DNA from: a virus
IMG/VR virus record: IMGVR_UViG_3300006131_000033
Reading direction: 5' to 3' (one strand)
Length of the DNA: 40,509 bases
In this document: positions 1 to 8,233 of the stretch, piece after piece
How positions within the stretch are numbered: position 1 is the stretch's first letter
Layout of the letters: the number at the start of each line of letters is the position of its first letter
Position numbers and translations under genes: made by a program
The notes under the pieces: model-generated
Seen by the model: the letters and a program-made list of their open reading frames with translations, nothing else
What the model was told of the DNA's origin: nothing
Database searches by the model: none

Positions 1-77
1 CTCCGGCTCCAGCCCGGTGTCCTCGTAGGCGGCGAGGCGGCAATACACTTTTGGCACAATACATCCTTTTGTGCAGC
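1..77. repeat. Terminal direct repeat, copy 1 (circularisation overlap)
   Basis: CTCCGGCTCCAGCCCGG...TTTTGTGCAGC is identical to 40433-40509. Confidence 0.95.
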
Positions 78-174
78 CTCCCAGTTCGTGACAACCTCGT
101 TTGCAATAGTGATCCTGCCCACACATCTCCCACGGGTCAAAATTTCTCCAACATTCGTTAGTCAACCTCTCCAT
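1..174 (-). CDS. N-terminal part of a junction-spanning Cys-rich hypothetical protein (continues at 40432 down to 40103)
   Basis: ATG at 174 lies one nt after the TGA (176-178) of the preceding gene. Translation MERLTNECWRNFDPWEMCGQDHYCKRGCHELGGCTKGCIVPKVYC joins in frame with ORF 40103..40489. 97 + 407 nt = 504 nt = 168 codons. Confidence 0.6.
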   Translation of the reverse strand, partial: MERLTNECWRNFDPWEMCGQDHYCKRGCHELGGCTKGCIVPKVYCRLAAYEDTGLEPE

Positions 175-175
175 G

Positions 176-559
176 TCAATCCTCCTTCGGCGGGCGGCGG
201 TAGGCGAGCCACACTGTCCCATAGTCGTGACAGGTAAAATCACCCCTGGTGTATAGTGCCTTATCTTCCAGGCTTACCCCGTCTACAATAACCCAACGCC
301 CGCTAATCTCCTGGTCAACTCCAGGGGTTTCTACCCACACAGGAAGCCCCACCATCTCCCCAAATTCCTCCAGCATCAGCGGCTCGTTTGGCTGGGTGTC
401 CGGGTGGGTGCGGAGCAGGTCAATAGCCTCCACCAGATACTCCTTGCGCACAAAGGTGCCAAATGGCCCCCTGTGGGGGGAATCCCCCAGGTTCACCGCC
501 TCTTGCAATTTCTCAATAATTTCTTCAACGCCCATATGTTCCGGCTTAAAAAGGCTCAT
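176..559 (-). CDS. Hypothetical early protein
   Basis: 127-aa ORF with ATG at 559 preceded by GGAGGAGAAGAA. It is co-directional with the early operon. No family recognised. Confidence 0.6.
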   Translation of the reverse strand: MSLFKPEHMGVEEIIEKLQEAVNLGDSPHRGPFGTFVRKEYLVEAIDLLRTHPDTQPNEPLMLEEFGEMVGLPVWVETPGVDQEISGRWVIVDGVSLEDKALYTRGDFTCHDYGTVWLAYRRPPKED

Positions 560-599
560 TTCTTCTCCTCCAATCTAAACTTTTCTAAACCTGTTTTCA

Positions 600-980
600 C
601 TATCCCATCGGGATGATCTCAACCTCAACCCGGGGATTTTTCTTGTCCACGAAGAAGCAGTCAGAGAAGGCTTCAATCTCCCCCCAGCCGTCATTCTGAA
701 GCACGCCCGCCCTCACAAGAACATCCTGTATGCACTTCCGCCCAAACGAGGAGATATTATCCTTGTCCCGGCGGCGGTTTGGCTCATACCAGGTGTACCG
801 CATAACCACCGGGCCATCGAAGGACACACCCCGAAGCTGGGTTTTGGCGCAAAGCATGATGATCCGCTCGGTCTGCTTCTTCATCTGGGCTGCCTTCTGC
901 CGGTGCTGCCGCTCTGCGGATATGTAGTCGTTCAGGTTTGGCAAGATCCCCGGGATAATCAGTTTAACGGCCCCCATCAT
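600..980 (-). CDS. rusA: RusA-family Holliday junction resolvase
   Basis: Motif PNRRRDKDNISSFGRKCIQDVLVRAGVLQNDGW parallels E. coli RusA [28 protein letters not shown]. Size is 126 aa. ATGATGA overlap with the upstream gene. Confidence 0.8.
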   Translation of the reverse strand: MMGAVKLIIPGILPNLNDYISAERQHRQKAAQMKKQTERIIMLCAKTQLRGVSFDGPVVMRYTWYEPNRRRDKDNISSFGRKCIQDVLVRAGVLQNDGWGEIEAFSDCFFVDKKNPRVEVEIIPMG

Positions 981-1390
981 GCCACATCCTTCCTTGGCCT
1001 GCCTCTCTTCGCATTGGGGGGCAGATTATTATTTTTACGCCATTCCCAAACGGTTCCGGCGTTCACGCCAAGCCTATCGGCTATCTGGTGATCGTTAATA
1101 CCCGCACCGTAAAGCTGTCCGGCAAGGTAGTCGTCCATCTTCTTGGGACACCCACGCAGTTCCCCGGTGTTGTCTCCGCCGTAGACCGTATAAGTACCAG
1201 CGTCCAGGTCCTCCACAACAACGCAATAGGCCTTGTTTTTGCCGCTCTTGACCTTCGACACCATTGACTGGAAACTGTTGACAGTACACCCCATGAATGC
1301 AGCGCACTCCCGAGCATTACCAATGACAATGAGCTGATCCAGATAAGCGGCATAGACGGTGTACCAAGTTGAACTCTCACGCCGTCCCAT
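977..1390 (-). CDS. Hypothetical DNA-binding protein with C-terminal HTH
   Basis: Start moved to ATG 1390 (GAGGAGG 9 nt upstream). C-terminal segment INDHQIADRLGVNAGTVWEWRKNNNL looks like a helix-turn-helix. Confidence 0.6.
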   Translation of the reverse strand: MGRRESSTWYTVYAAYLDQLIVIGNARECAAFMGCTVNSFQSMVSKVKSGKNKAYCVVVEDLDAGTYTVYGGDNTGELRGCPKKMDDYLAGQLYGAGINDHQIADRLGVNAGTVWEWRKNNNLPPNAKRGRPRKDVA

Positions 1391-1868
1391 CGGCCACAGC
1401 CTCCTCACGCCAAACACTATCCGGGTAGTTCAGCCCAGCAGTTTCCAAAGCGTTCCACCATTTCCCAGAGGTCATACCAGCGGCCTTTGCCTCTTCCGCC
1501 GTGGCAGGAAGTCCGGCAGCTCTGCGGAGCGGAATCAGGCGGTCACGTTCCGCCTTCATCCGGGCGAAGAGATGGTCTTGGGCTTCTTTGGCCCGCAAGT
1601 CAGCGCCACCCCTCGGCTGCGGCTTTGTAGCTCCCGCAACACTACGGCCTGGCAGTTCTGCTTTGATTTCGGACAGATCTGGCCAATATCGACATTTCCC
1701 AGCATGGCTTTCTACGGCCTTTATAACCTGCTCAACACTGTAACCGCTCAATTCATTTACCCACACTTTTGCAATGCGCCCGCTTAGCCTTGGCCGTTTT
1801 TCTTCCGGGGTGTTCGGGTGCAACGCCTTGATGTGTTTCCAAATCTCTTGTATGTCAGAAATTTCCAT
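1377..1868 (-). CDS. G39P-like replicative helicase loader (putative)
   Basis: N-terminal pattern IWKHIKALHPN...IAKVWVNELSGYSVEQVIKAVESHAGKCRYWPDLSEI resembles the SPP1 G39P loader family. It lies adjacent to the iterons. Confidence 0.5.
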   Translation of the reverse strand: MEISDIQEIWKHIKALHPNTPEEKRPRLSGRIAKVWVNELSGYSVEQVIKAVESHAGKCRYWPDLSEIKAELPGRSVAGATKPQPRGGADLRAKEAQDHLFARMKAERDRLIPLRRAAGLPATAEEAKAAGMTSGKWWNALETAGLNYPDSVWREEAVADGTA

Positions 1869-1992
1869 GCCGTTCCCCTTCCGTCTATGGTAACTCTTCC
1901 GTTAAAGTGCGCCCCCGAAAGAAGTAGAGTGTATAGTTTTGTACTCTGTAACGATAGGTAAGGTTATGTTATGTATGGTAAGGTCTGGTAGG

Positions 1993-2072
1993 AGCGTTAC
2001 ACAGCGTATCACCAGCGTTACAAGAGCGTTACCTGTAACCGTTACATAAGCGTTACACAGCGTATCACCAGC
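1993..2072. repeat. Iteron array / candidate replication origin
   Basis: Perfect 24-bp direct repeat AGCGTTACACAGCGTATCACCAGC at 1993-2016 and 2049-2072. CGTTAC cores start at 1995, 2016, 2027, 2040 and 2051 (spacing 21/11/13/11). An AT-rich stretch with GGTAAGGT at 1957 and 1977 lies beside it. Confidence 0.55.
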
Positions 2073-2074
2073 AG

Positions 2075-2470
2075 TCAGGCTTCGGGGTTGTTTTTCCGCT
2101 CCCGGTATTTGCGTACCCTCTCCCTGGTTTTCTCCTTCTTGTTATCCTCGGCATCCATCAGAAGGACGGCGTACTCCTCCCAGTCGTGGAGTTTCATATC
2201 CTCGTCCAGCCAGCCAGCCGCCCGGAGGCCCATTATCAGGGCCTCCGGCTTCTTCTTCCAGCGGCAGGCGTCAGCGATAAGCCGGGGGCTGCACCTGGAC
2301 AGGTCGCCATCATAGGCGTTTTGGATGGCCCAGGTCCACAGGGACACAAGGATACCCACGGCGACGATATTGGGAGATACCGCAGAACTGGATAGACCCA
2401 GCTCGTCCACCAGCCTGTCCGTTTTGGGGTGCATAGGGAGGTTGCTATATACCTGTATCCACGGGATCAT
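2075..2470 (-). CDS. Replisome-organizer / replication-initiation-like protein (putative)
   Basis: 131 aa. The pattern W..VYSNL..HPKT..L...LG....VG.LVSLWTWA...DGDL....IA..C.W is typical of phage replication organizer N-domains. Basic C-tail. Its stop abuts the iterons. Confidence 0.4.
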   Translation of the reverse strand: MIPWIQVYSNLPMHPKTDRLVDELGLSSSAVSPNIVAVGILVSLWTWAIQNAYDGDLSRCSPRLIADACRWKKKPEALIMGLRAAGWLDEDMKLHDWEEYAVLLMDAEDNKKEKTRERVRKYRERKNNPEA

Positions 2471-2474
2471 ATCC

Positions 2475-3167
2475 TCACTCCTTCATCGTAAAGGTGCGGC
2501 CCAAGCGGCTCTCATAGGCTTTCTTCACCTTGGCATACACCACGGGAAGGGCGGCGTCTGAGATGGCCTCGATACTTTCCACCCCGGGATAGCCCCGGCT
2601 ATCCGCCCTTGTGATAGATAGATAGGCCAGTTTGATCTTGTCCTTATCACCGCCGTAAAGCTCGTCCATCATCTGGGGGATGGCCATACGGTAGTAAGCC
2701 GCATTCTCCCGGGACGCTTGGGTGCCCCTCTGGGCCTTCTCCCCGCCCTGCCCCCGCCGGTCATTGTCCGGATCATCCTTTTTCGTGGGAACGTGAAAGA
2801 ACTTCAGGAGAAAATACTTTTCGGCGTAGGTGAGGGCCTTTCCCACGCCCTTCTCTCCGGCCAGATCCACCCCCTGGGCGTACCAGGGAACCTCCAAACG
2901 CTCCCCGCTCTCAATGTCGTGCCAGACCATTGTCAAGGAAAGCTCGGTGAGATAGCGGGAAGTACCGCTTTTTGTGGTACCCTCATGAATCTGGGCGGAG
3001 GTCACAATGGGGATCAGCAGTAGCTTATACTCGTCCATCAGCGGGCGGAAACGGTCCAGCACGTTCTCATCGGAGGCGAAGTCGTACTTGTCGGAGAGAT
3101 TCTTTCCGTCCTTAATCACGGCGTCTACCGCCTTCTGCATTTCCAGCAGTTTCTCATATAGATTCAT
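2475..3167 (-). CDS. erf: ERF-family single-strand annealing recombinase
   Basis: MNLYEKLLEMQKAV...KYDFASDENVLDRFRPLMDEYKLLL and KALTYAEKYFLLKFF match ERF family hallmarks. SD is TAGGAGG. Confidence 0.8.
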   Translation of the reverse strand: MNLYEKLLEMQKAVDAVIKDGKNLSDKYDFASDENVLDRFRPLMDEYKLLLIPIVTSAQIHEGTTKSGTSRYLTELSLTMVWHDIESGERLEVPWYAQGVDLAGEKGVGKALTYAEKYFLLKFFHVPTKKDDPDNDRRGQGGEKAQRGTQASRENAAYYRMAIPQMMDELYGGDKDKIKLAYLSITRADSRGYPGVESIEAISDAALPVVYAKVKKAYESRLGRTFTMKE

Positions 3168-3179
3168 GGTATTGTCCTC

Positions 3180-3785
3180 CTATCCAATGTGTCCACGGGG
3201 GTGCTTTTGCTTTTTGATCTCATAGAGAGACTTGCATACCGTCCAAGCCACGCTCGACTGGACACCGTCTACCGGGTAAAGACGGTAAGTCCCGTCGGAC
3301 AGAAACTGGATAGCAAACAGGCTCTCCGGGTAAATTCCATTGAACTCACAGAGGGATTTGTAGCCCTCCAACTGTGCGCCGACACGGGGCTTGCAGATCT
3401 GGGAAACGAACTTATAGTCCAGAACAGACAATGACCCGTCGAACTCACACACCAGGTCAGGTGTCCCCGCATAGCCGTCCCCGGCCAAGGACGCCTCAAC
3501 GAGCATGGGAGTGATACTATGCTCGGACAGGAAAAGTTCCACGGCGTCTGCGTAGGGCAGATACTGGCTCGGCAGCTCAAAGTCCTCCATGGCGCCGCCG
3601 CCCAGGCGATATGCTATGTATGCGTGCATTGTAACTCCACGGTCTGCAGCGGCCTCTACGGTCAGCTCCATCTCGGCATCCATGTCATCAAAGTCGTCCC
3701 CCAGCGGAGCCACAAGCTGGGTCACACTGGGTACTGTCACGCCGTCAATACAATACTGGTGCGCAGATTCGTCAAAAGTGAGCAT
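3180..3785 (-). CDS. PD-(D/E)XK (RecB/Cas4-like) exonuclease
   Basis: Start moved to ATG 3785 (TAGGAGGGG upstream). N-terminal H.Y...G...PSVTQL and the core GTPDLV....LSVLDYKF give a D..(D/E)xK arrangement. It is the partner of the adjacent ERF gene. Confidence 0.65.
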   Translation of the reverse strand: MLTFDESAHQYCIDGVTVPSVTQLVAPLGDDFDDMDAEMELTVEAAADRGVTMHAYIAYRLGGGAMEDFELPSQYLPYADAVELFLSEHSITPMLVEASLAGDGYAGTPDLVCEFDGSLSVLDYKFVSQICKPRVGAQLEGYKSLCEFNGIYPESLFAIQFLSDGTYRLYPVDGVQSSVAWTVCKSLYEIKKQKHPRGHIG

Positions 3786-3795
3786 AAGACCCCTC

Positions 3796-4026
3796 CTATA
3801 TGGTTTCCATCTGTGCACCCACCAGGAGCGCCAGAATGTCTGGGCTGGTGTCCAGCAGTTCCAGAAGCCGGGCCTTGAAGCAATCTTTGCACAAGGTCTT
3901 GCCGTCCATCAGAAAGATATTCTCCCCGCCATAGAGTTCGCCTTGGCAGTCAGAACAGAAATCTATCGGCTGGGTCTGCTGTGGATCAGCAATACCGTAA
4001 GTGGGCCCTTCATCATAAAGGCTCAT
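3796..4026 (-). CDS. Small zinc-finger-like hypothetical protein
   Basis: 76 aa with the CSDC...CKDC pair. SD is GAAGGAGG. Confidence 0.6.
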   Translation of the reverse strand: MSLYDEGPTYGIADPQQTQPIDFCSDCQGELYGGENIFLMDGKTLCKDCFKARLLELLDTSPDILALLVGAQMETI

Positions 4027-4148
4027 ACTGATTTACCTCCTTCAACGGGATCATCTTACCAATAAAAAACGGCAATGGACGGCAATCTTTTTCATTCTAC
4101 TTCCCCCAATACTCGAAAAAATGAGTATATGCGCTGGTACGGCCAATC

Positions 4149-4439
4149 TCAATCACCCTGCACCAACTTCTCCAGCCGCTCCAGTTTAGTGATCTCCTGC
4201 TCAATGGGGTCGCCAAAGATCAGTTGGAGCTGGTTCAGCATGATGGACACATCGGCCATTTCCTCCAGCAGACCGGCGGGGTTACACTTCCCCCGCAGCC
4301 ACTTCGTCAGTTCCTTCTGAAGTTCTGCCAGTTCCTCAATAGCCACAATGACCTGGGGACGGTAGCCGAACTTCTTAATAGCACCCTCCAGGATGGAAGC
4401 CTCCCGCTCCTGGGTCATTTCGTTTTTCTGCTCGTTCAT
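4149..4439 (-). CDS. MazG-like nucleotide pyrophosphohydrolase
   Basis: 96 aa, all-alpha. AIEELAELQKELTKW...LLEEMADVSIMLNQL matches the EExxE...ExxD MazG-type motifs. Confidence 0.7.
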   Translation of the reverse strand: MNEQKNEMTQEREASILEGAIKKFGYRPQVIVAIEELAELQKELTKWLRGKCNPAGLLEEMADVSIMLNQLQLIFGDPIEQEITKLERLEKLVQGD

Positions 4440-5267
4440 CTAATTTTCCTCCTCATTCTGGGCCTCTTCCATCAGATCAAAGAGGCTTATGGTCTCTTCT
4501 GTCTCAAAAAGAGTCTCTATCATTTCCTTTTGCGCTCGCATATAAAAAGATTTGTCAACCTCGAACCCATAAGATGGACGCCCTAATTCATACGCTGCCC
4601 GAAGTGTACTACCGCTTCCGGCGCACGGATCAATCACCACATCGCCCGGGTCAGTAAATAGCTTAATTAGACGTTTCAGCAGCTTCACAGGCTTTTGGGT
4701 CGGGTGAATTTTGGGGATCTCTTTCCCGTCCTTCTGCCACTCAAACCAGTTGAAAATCATTTTCCTGTCCCCGTAGACGTCCGTATTGCGAAATTTGGGA
4801 AGTTTGTCCCGGTAGAGAACAACGGCAAATTCCGTAGCCCCTACGATTTTCATGTTGGATTTGAGTACTTGGGCGGAGTAGTTCTTGCAGAAAAACAACG
4901 GATAGGATTTCATAAATCCATACCGCTTCCCATACTCAATCACCGTCTGCATCTGCTCGAAAGCACAGAACACGATCATGGCCGGAGCCTGCCCAGGCTC
5001 TTTTGGCTCCTTCCGCAAAAGCCGATTGCAAAAGTGCATATACTCCGCAATCTTAAAAGAGCCGTCTGTGTGAAAAAATGACGCCTTCGCCAGCTTACTT
5101 TCGCCCTGCTTGTTGTCCCCGCCGTTGTACCACAGGGGATTGCTCGCATAGGCGTCCGCCCCAATGTTGTATGGAATATCCGCAATCACCAGTTGGGCCT
5201 TTGGGATGTAGTAGCGCTTGAAATTCTGGAAGTTATCGTGGTAGAGTTCACACTTTACCTTTTCCAT
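4440..5267 (-). CDS. DNA methyltransferase, N6-adenine/N4-cytosine type (beta class)
   Basis: Motif IV-like ADIPYN is N-terminal. HPTQKP and FTDPGDVVIDPCAGSGST (motif I) are C-terminal. Confidence 0.9.
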   Translation of the reverse strand: MEKVKCELYHDNFQNFKRYYIPKAQLVIADIPYNIGADAYASNPLWYNGGDNKQGESKLAKASFFHTDGSFKIAEYMHFCNRLLRKEPKEPGQAPAMIVFCAFEQMQTVIEYGKRYGFMKSYPLFFCKNYSAQVLKSNMKIVGATEFAVVLYRDKLPKFRNTDVYGDRKMIFNWFEWQKDGKEIPKIHPTQKPVKLLKRLIKLFTDPGDVVIDPCAGSGSTLRAAYELGRPSYGFEVDKSFYMRAQKEMIETLFETEETISLFDLMEEAQNEEEN

Positions 5268-5385
5268 GCTGCTCCTCCTTCTCCTTGGGCACCTTTCGGA
5301 AAGTGCAGCCGTTGGTCTTTTTGTTCCCGTGGAAGTAGGTTCGGAAGGCCCCGCCGGCGGGGGTCTTGTATGCTTTCTTTTTCAT
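5248..5385 (-). CDS. Possible small basic protein (45 aa)
   Basis: ATGA overlap with the stop of the C5 methyltransferase gene. Translation is MKKKAYKTPAGGAFRTYFHGNKKTNGCTFRKVPKEKEEQHGKGKV. It overlaps the start of the next gene by 20 nt and is below the ORF-track cutoff. Confidence 0.3.
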   Translation of the reverse strand: MKKKAYKTPAGGAFRTYFHGNKKTNGCTFRKVPKEKEEQHGKGKV

Positions 5386-7217
5386 ACTGCCACCGCCTCC
5401 TCCAGCTCCGCCATTGTTGTGATCTCACGGTCACACCACTCGGGCAGGTTTGCCCGGACCAGAGCCGTGGCAAAGGGCGGCGGCACAGCGTTTCCACATC
5501 TCGCCACTTGCTTAGATTTCCCGTACTCGTTGCCCATGTAATCCCGGTCAATGATGTAATCCACGGGGAATCCCATAGCGTTGTAAAGCTCCCGAGGGGT
5601 CAACATACGCAGGAGAAGGTCCCGGATGTAGTAGAACACCCCGCCGATCACCAGCAGGATGATCTCATCCTCAGCCATGTGGTAGCCACAATGCTGGTTG
5701 AGCAGCGCCAGAACCTCTGGCCAGTGCCCCAGGTCCGCTCCTGGCTCAACTTTGGAGATCACCGCCTGACAAATGGCGAACTCTCCACCCCCAGCCGTAA
5801 TCGTCTGAATAGGATGATCCGCTGGATGGCCCAAGTCTTGACCTTTGAACTTGACAATATGGGCCGCTGTCAGGGCCTCCCGGTCGTGGGAGGTGACCGT
5901 GTGCATGGGTTCCGCCAGGTCAAGGGGCCGCCCGGTGCTAAAATACTCCACCAGATTGGCGCTTACCAGACTGTAACGGTTGGCGGCGTCCACCGTCTGG
6001 AGGGGTGCATGGAGGCCCTGTCCCCTCACAGCTTCGGTCTGCTCGGTGTGGTATTGAGCAAGGTGGGCGGCGCTCAAAATCTGCCCCCCGGCGGTTCGTA
6101 CCGTCCCCACCGGCTGATCTGCTTGCTGTCCTACGGAGCCGCCGGTGTTGCTGAATGTAATAGGGGCGATAACCGGGGCGCATACCCCCTGCGTATGCTT
6201 TGCAGTAATGGTTCCAAGTGGCTTTCCCACCTCGGCAATGTGGCCGTCGCCGGAGTGGTTGCACTCTGCCAAGAATGGGGCCAGTTCCGGGACACACAGA
6301 TTTTGCTTTACCGTGGAGACCACAGTGGAAAGCGGGGCTTCAATGTCATGTACTCTCGGAGCTTGCCCTTTCCGTTCACCGTACCCAGTCGGGACAATAA
6401 AGGGCTTTCCACTGCGGATGGTAAACTTATCCGTTCCTCGGATCACCCGGCGCATGGTGTTATCAGCCAGGGGCCGCACCACCGTGGCGCCGTATTTTTC
6501 CTTGATCTCCGCCTTACTCGCAAAGACAGAGTACATGGGAAGGCTCCAGTCAATGATCTCCGAAGCCGCCCGCCAGGGCTTGCACTTGCCGCTCTTGACC
6601 TCCTCGCTGTCGGGGTGGGCGTGGGTGTGATCCGGCCAGACGATAGGCTTACCGTCACAGCGGGCGATCAGGAAAAACCGCTTACGGATGGTGGGGGCAC
6701 CATAATCCGCTGCCACCAGTTCCCGGTGTTCAATGTCATAGCCGAGATCCAAAAGCTGTTTTTTCCATTTCCTGAAGGTCTGGCCCGCCTTCTTCTTCAC
6801 AGGCTTGCCTTTCCGTACTGGCCCCCATGTCTGGAACTCCTCGACATTCTCCAAGATGATGACCCGAGGACGAACCTTGGCCGCCCAGCGAAGAACAATC
6901 CATGCAAGGCCTCGGATTTTGCGGTCTACTAAGGCCGCTCCTTTTGCCTTGCTGAAATGCTTACAGTCTGGGGAAAACCACGCAAGGCCGACAGGACGGC
7001 CAGCACATACCTCCACCGGGTCTACATCCCAAACGCTTGCTTGATAATGCGTAGTGTGATGGTGGTTGGTTTTGTGCATCAAAATGGCATCTGGGTCATG
7101 GTTGACCGCTATTTCTACCACCCGCCCGGTTGCCAACTCGATCCCAGTGGATGCACCGCCACCGCCAGCGAAGTTGTCCACGATGATTTCATCGTAAAGA
7201 TTGATCTGTGCTTTCAT
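5382..7217 (-). CDS. dcm: DNA (cytosine-5) methyltransferase with an unusually long variable region
   Basis: Motif I is DNFAGGGG, motif IV is FSPDCKHFS, motif VI is ILENVEEF, motif VIII is TIRKRFFLIA, and motif X is CGNAVPPP near the C-terminus. 611 aa. Confidence 0.9.
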   Translation of the reverse strand: MKAQINLYDEIIVDNFAGGGGASTGIELATGRVVEIAVNHDPDAILMHKTNHHHTTHYQASVWDVDPVEVCAGRPVGLAWFSPDCKHFSKAKGAALVDRKIRGLAWIVLRWAAKVRPRVIILENVEEFQTWGPVRKGKPVKKKAGQTFRKWKKQLLDLGYDIEHRELVAADYGAPTIRKRFFLIARCDGKPIVWPDHTHAHPDSEEVKSGKCKPWRAASEIIDWSLPMYSVFASKAEIKEKYGATVVRPLADNTMRRVIRGTDKFTIRSGKPFIVPTGYGERKGQAPRVHDIEAPLSTVVSTVKQNLCVPELAPFLAECNHSGDGHIAEVGKPLGTITAKHTQGVCAPVIAPITFSNTGGSVGQQADQPVGTVRTAGGQILSAAHLAQYHTEQTEAVRGQGLHAPLQTVDAANRYSLVSANLVEYFSTGRPLDLAEPMHTVTSHDREALTAAHIVKFKGQDLGHPADHPIQTITAGGGEFAICQAVISKVEPGADLGHWPEVLALLNQHCGYHMAEDEIILLVIGGVFYYIRDLLLRMLTPRELYNAMGFPVDYIIDRDYMGNEYGKSKQVARCGNAVPPPFATALVRANLPEWCDREITTMAELEEAVAV

Positions 7218-7221
7218 GCCT

Positions 7222-7386
7222 TCACCTCACCAAGCCGCAGGGGGATGGCATCATCAATGACACTGGCCCAGTCCCGGCCCAGCCCCCCGCCTTGAAGATA
7301 GCAACATCGGCATCTTCCGCTGTGACGGTCTGGGTGGGAAAATCAGGGTGGATTACCCTGAAGGTGTAAATTTTTTGCTTTGACAT
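7222..7386 (-). CDS. Small hypothetical protein (54 aa)
   Basis: ATG 7386 is preceded by GGAGAAATCAAG. The TGA lies 4 nt before the dcm ATG. Translation is MSKQKIYTFRVIHPDFPTQTVTAEDADVAIFKAGGW... It is below the ORF-track cutoff. Confidence 0.5.
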   Translation of the reverse strand: MSKQKIYTFRVIHPDFPTQTVTAEDADVAIFKAGGWAGTGPVSLMMPSPCGLVR

Positions 7387-7439
7387 CTTGATTTCTCCAT
7401 ATCTACCGCTTATAATAGCGGTGTGGTTTAGGCTTTAGC

Positions 7440-7751
7440 CTACTTGCCGCCTTCGGTGTTCGCAGCACTGGGGGCGGCTCTTTTTTGCTCGTTGATGGCC
7501 CAGACAGCCACCATTTTCCCGCTACGGCGGCTCCGCCGCTTGCCGATGGTGCAGAGGGCGCCAGCCTGGGTCAGTTCGGTCAACCGAGGGCGAACCCTGT
7601 TGGGGTCATGGTAGCCCAGAACCACCATCAGCTCGTCCACCGTCATGGGGCCGTGTTCAATGATGGCCTCCATAATCTGCTGGTATCTAGCGTTCTTTGC
7701 GGGCTTGATGTCCTCATGGGCCGCTCGGCGGGTCTCGGTAGTGACCTTCAT
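7440..7751 (-). CDS. Winged-helix DNA-binding protein
   Basis: Start moved to ATG 7751 (AAAGGAGGGAAAAGGA upstream). YQQIMEAIIEHGPMTVDELMVVLGYHDPNRVRPRLTELTQAGAL is wHTH-like. Confidence 0.65.
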   Translation of the reverse strand: MKVTTETRRAAHEDIKPAKNARYQQIMEAIIEHGPMTVDELMVVLGYHDPNRVRPRLTELTQAGALCTIGKRRSRRSGKMVAVWAINEQKRAAPSAANTEGGK

Positions 7752-7783
7752 TCCTTTTCCCTCCTTTCGCATGTGGAAATCTA

Positions 7784-7812
7784 TTGAATCTCCATTTTCT
7801 ATGTGGTACACT
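7784..7812 (+). promoter_or_regulatory. Candidate plus-strand promoter pointing against the early operon
   Basis: TTGAAT (7784-7789), 17-nt spacer, TGg-TACACT (extended -10, 7804-7812). Confidence 0.4.
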
Positions 7813-7819
7813 TAATTCG

Positions 7820-7985
7820 ACAGATCACGCCGAGCCAAGCCCCTTTTGGGGAAGGTGTAACGACTGGACACGGAGCATCCATTTTGGACGAAGGCACAGT
7901 CTGAACTCATGGGCGACCATGAGAGAACGGCAGAGATGACCGTTCCACGCCGAAAGGCGGAGCAACAATTTGGAATGGCTTAGGT
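7820..7985 (+). ncRNA. Candidate structured RNA (function unknown)
   Basis: No ORF of 60 aa or more on either strand. Consecutive hairpins: CTCATGG-GCGA-CCATGAG (7906-7923), GAACGG-9nt-CCGTTC (7925-7945), CGCC-GAAA-GGCG (7948-7959) and CCCC-TTTT-GGGG (7840-7851). The GNRA loops exist only on the plus strand. Confidence 0.3.
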
Positions 7986-7988
7986 TAC

Positions 7989-8213
7989 ATGGTTTCCAGG
8001 ATGTATGATGATAAGATGGTTAGTAAATGTGCTGATTGTGATAGGATTACAAAGTCCGACCATACAGCAGCTTCAACCGCAACACTTGTTCCCACAAACG
8101 CTCCAGAGAAAGTATTCCGTGCCCTTAACGATCTTGACAACACAATCGACACAATGCACGAAGAGGTGAGTCATCGCCCTTCCATCTGGCAACAGATGGT
8201 TTGCACTCCGTAA
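7989..8213 (+). CDS. Doubtful small ORF (74 aa) inside the plus-strand unit
   Basis: Open frame with no convincing SD. Third-position GC looks lower than in the phage genes. An equally long antisense ORF (8073..8282) exists. Confidence 0.2.
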   Translation: MVSRMYDDKMVSKCADCDRITKSDHTAASTATLVPTNAPEKVFRALNDLDNTIDTMHEEVSHRPSIWQQMVCTP

Positions 8214-8233
8214 ATTCGGCGAAAATCTGTCTG

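Noticed and set aside
1993-2072. CRISPR-like array
   Set aside because: There are only two 24-bp repeat copies, with short degenerate 7-bp iterons between them and no spacer-sized unique units. The location between replication genes fits an origin. No CRISPR array is present anywhere in the window.
4027-4148. Direct repeat ATTGCCGT x2 and a small ATACTC/GAGTAT palindrome, with a 14-codon ORF, between the MazG-like and zinc-finger genes
   Set aside because: The elements are too short and weak to call a promoter, terminator or peptide gene. This is probably just an intergenic spacer.
5193-6932. 579-aa plus-strand ORF antisense to the C5 methyltransferase gene
   Set aside because: It is Arg/Gly/Pro/His-rich and low in complexity, with no SD or motifs. 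It lies fully inside a minus-strand gene that carries unmistakable methyltransferase motifs. This is a typical shadow ORF of GC-rich coding DNA.
7820-7985. Known self-cleaving ribozyme (hammerhead or twister) or riboswitch in the hairpin cluster
   Set aside because: I could not find the hammerhead CUGAUGA...GAAA core or a twister-like arrangement, and no downstream gene is in a riboswitch-like position. It is left as an unclassified candidate RNA pending an Rfam scan.
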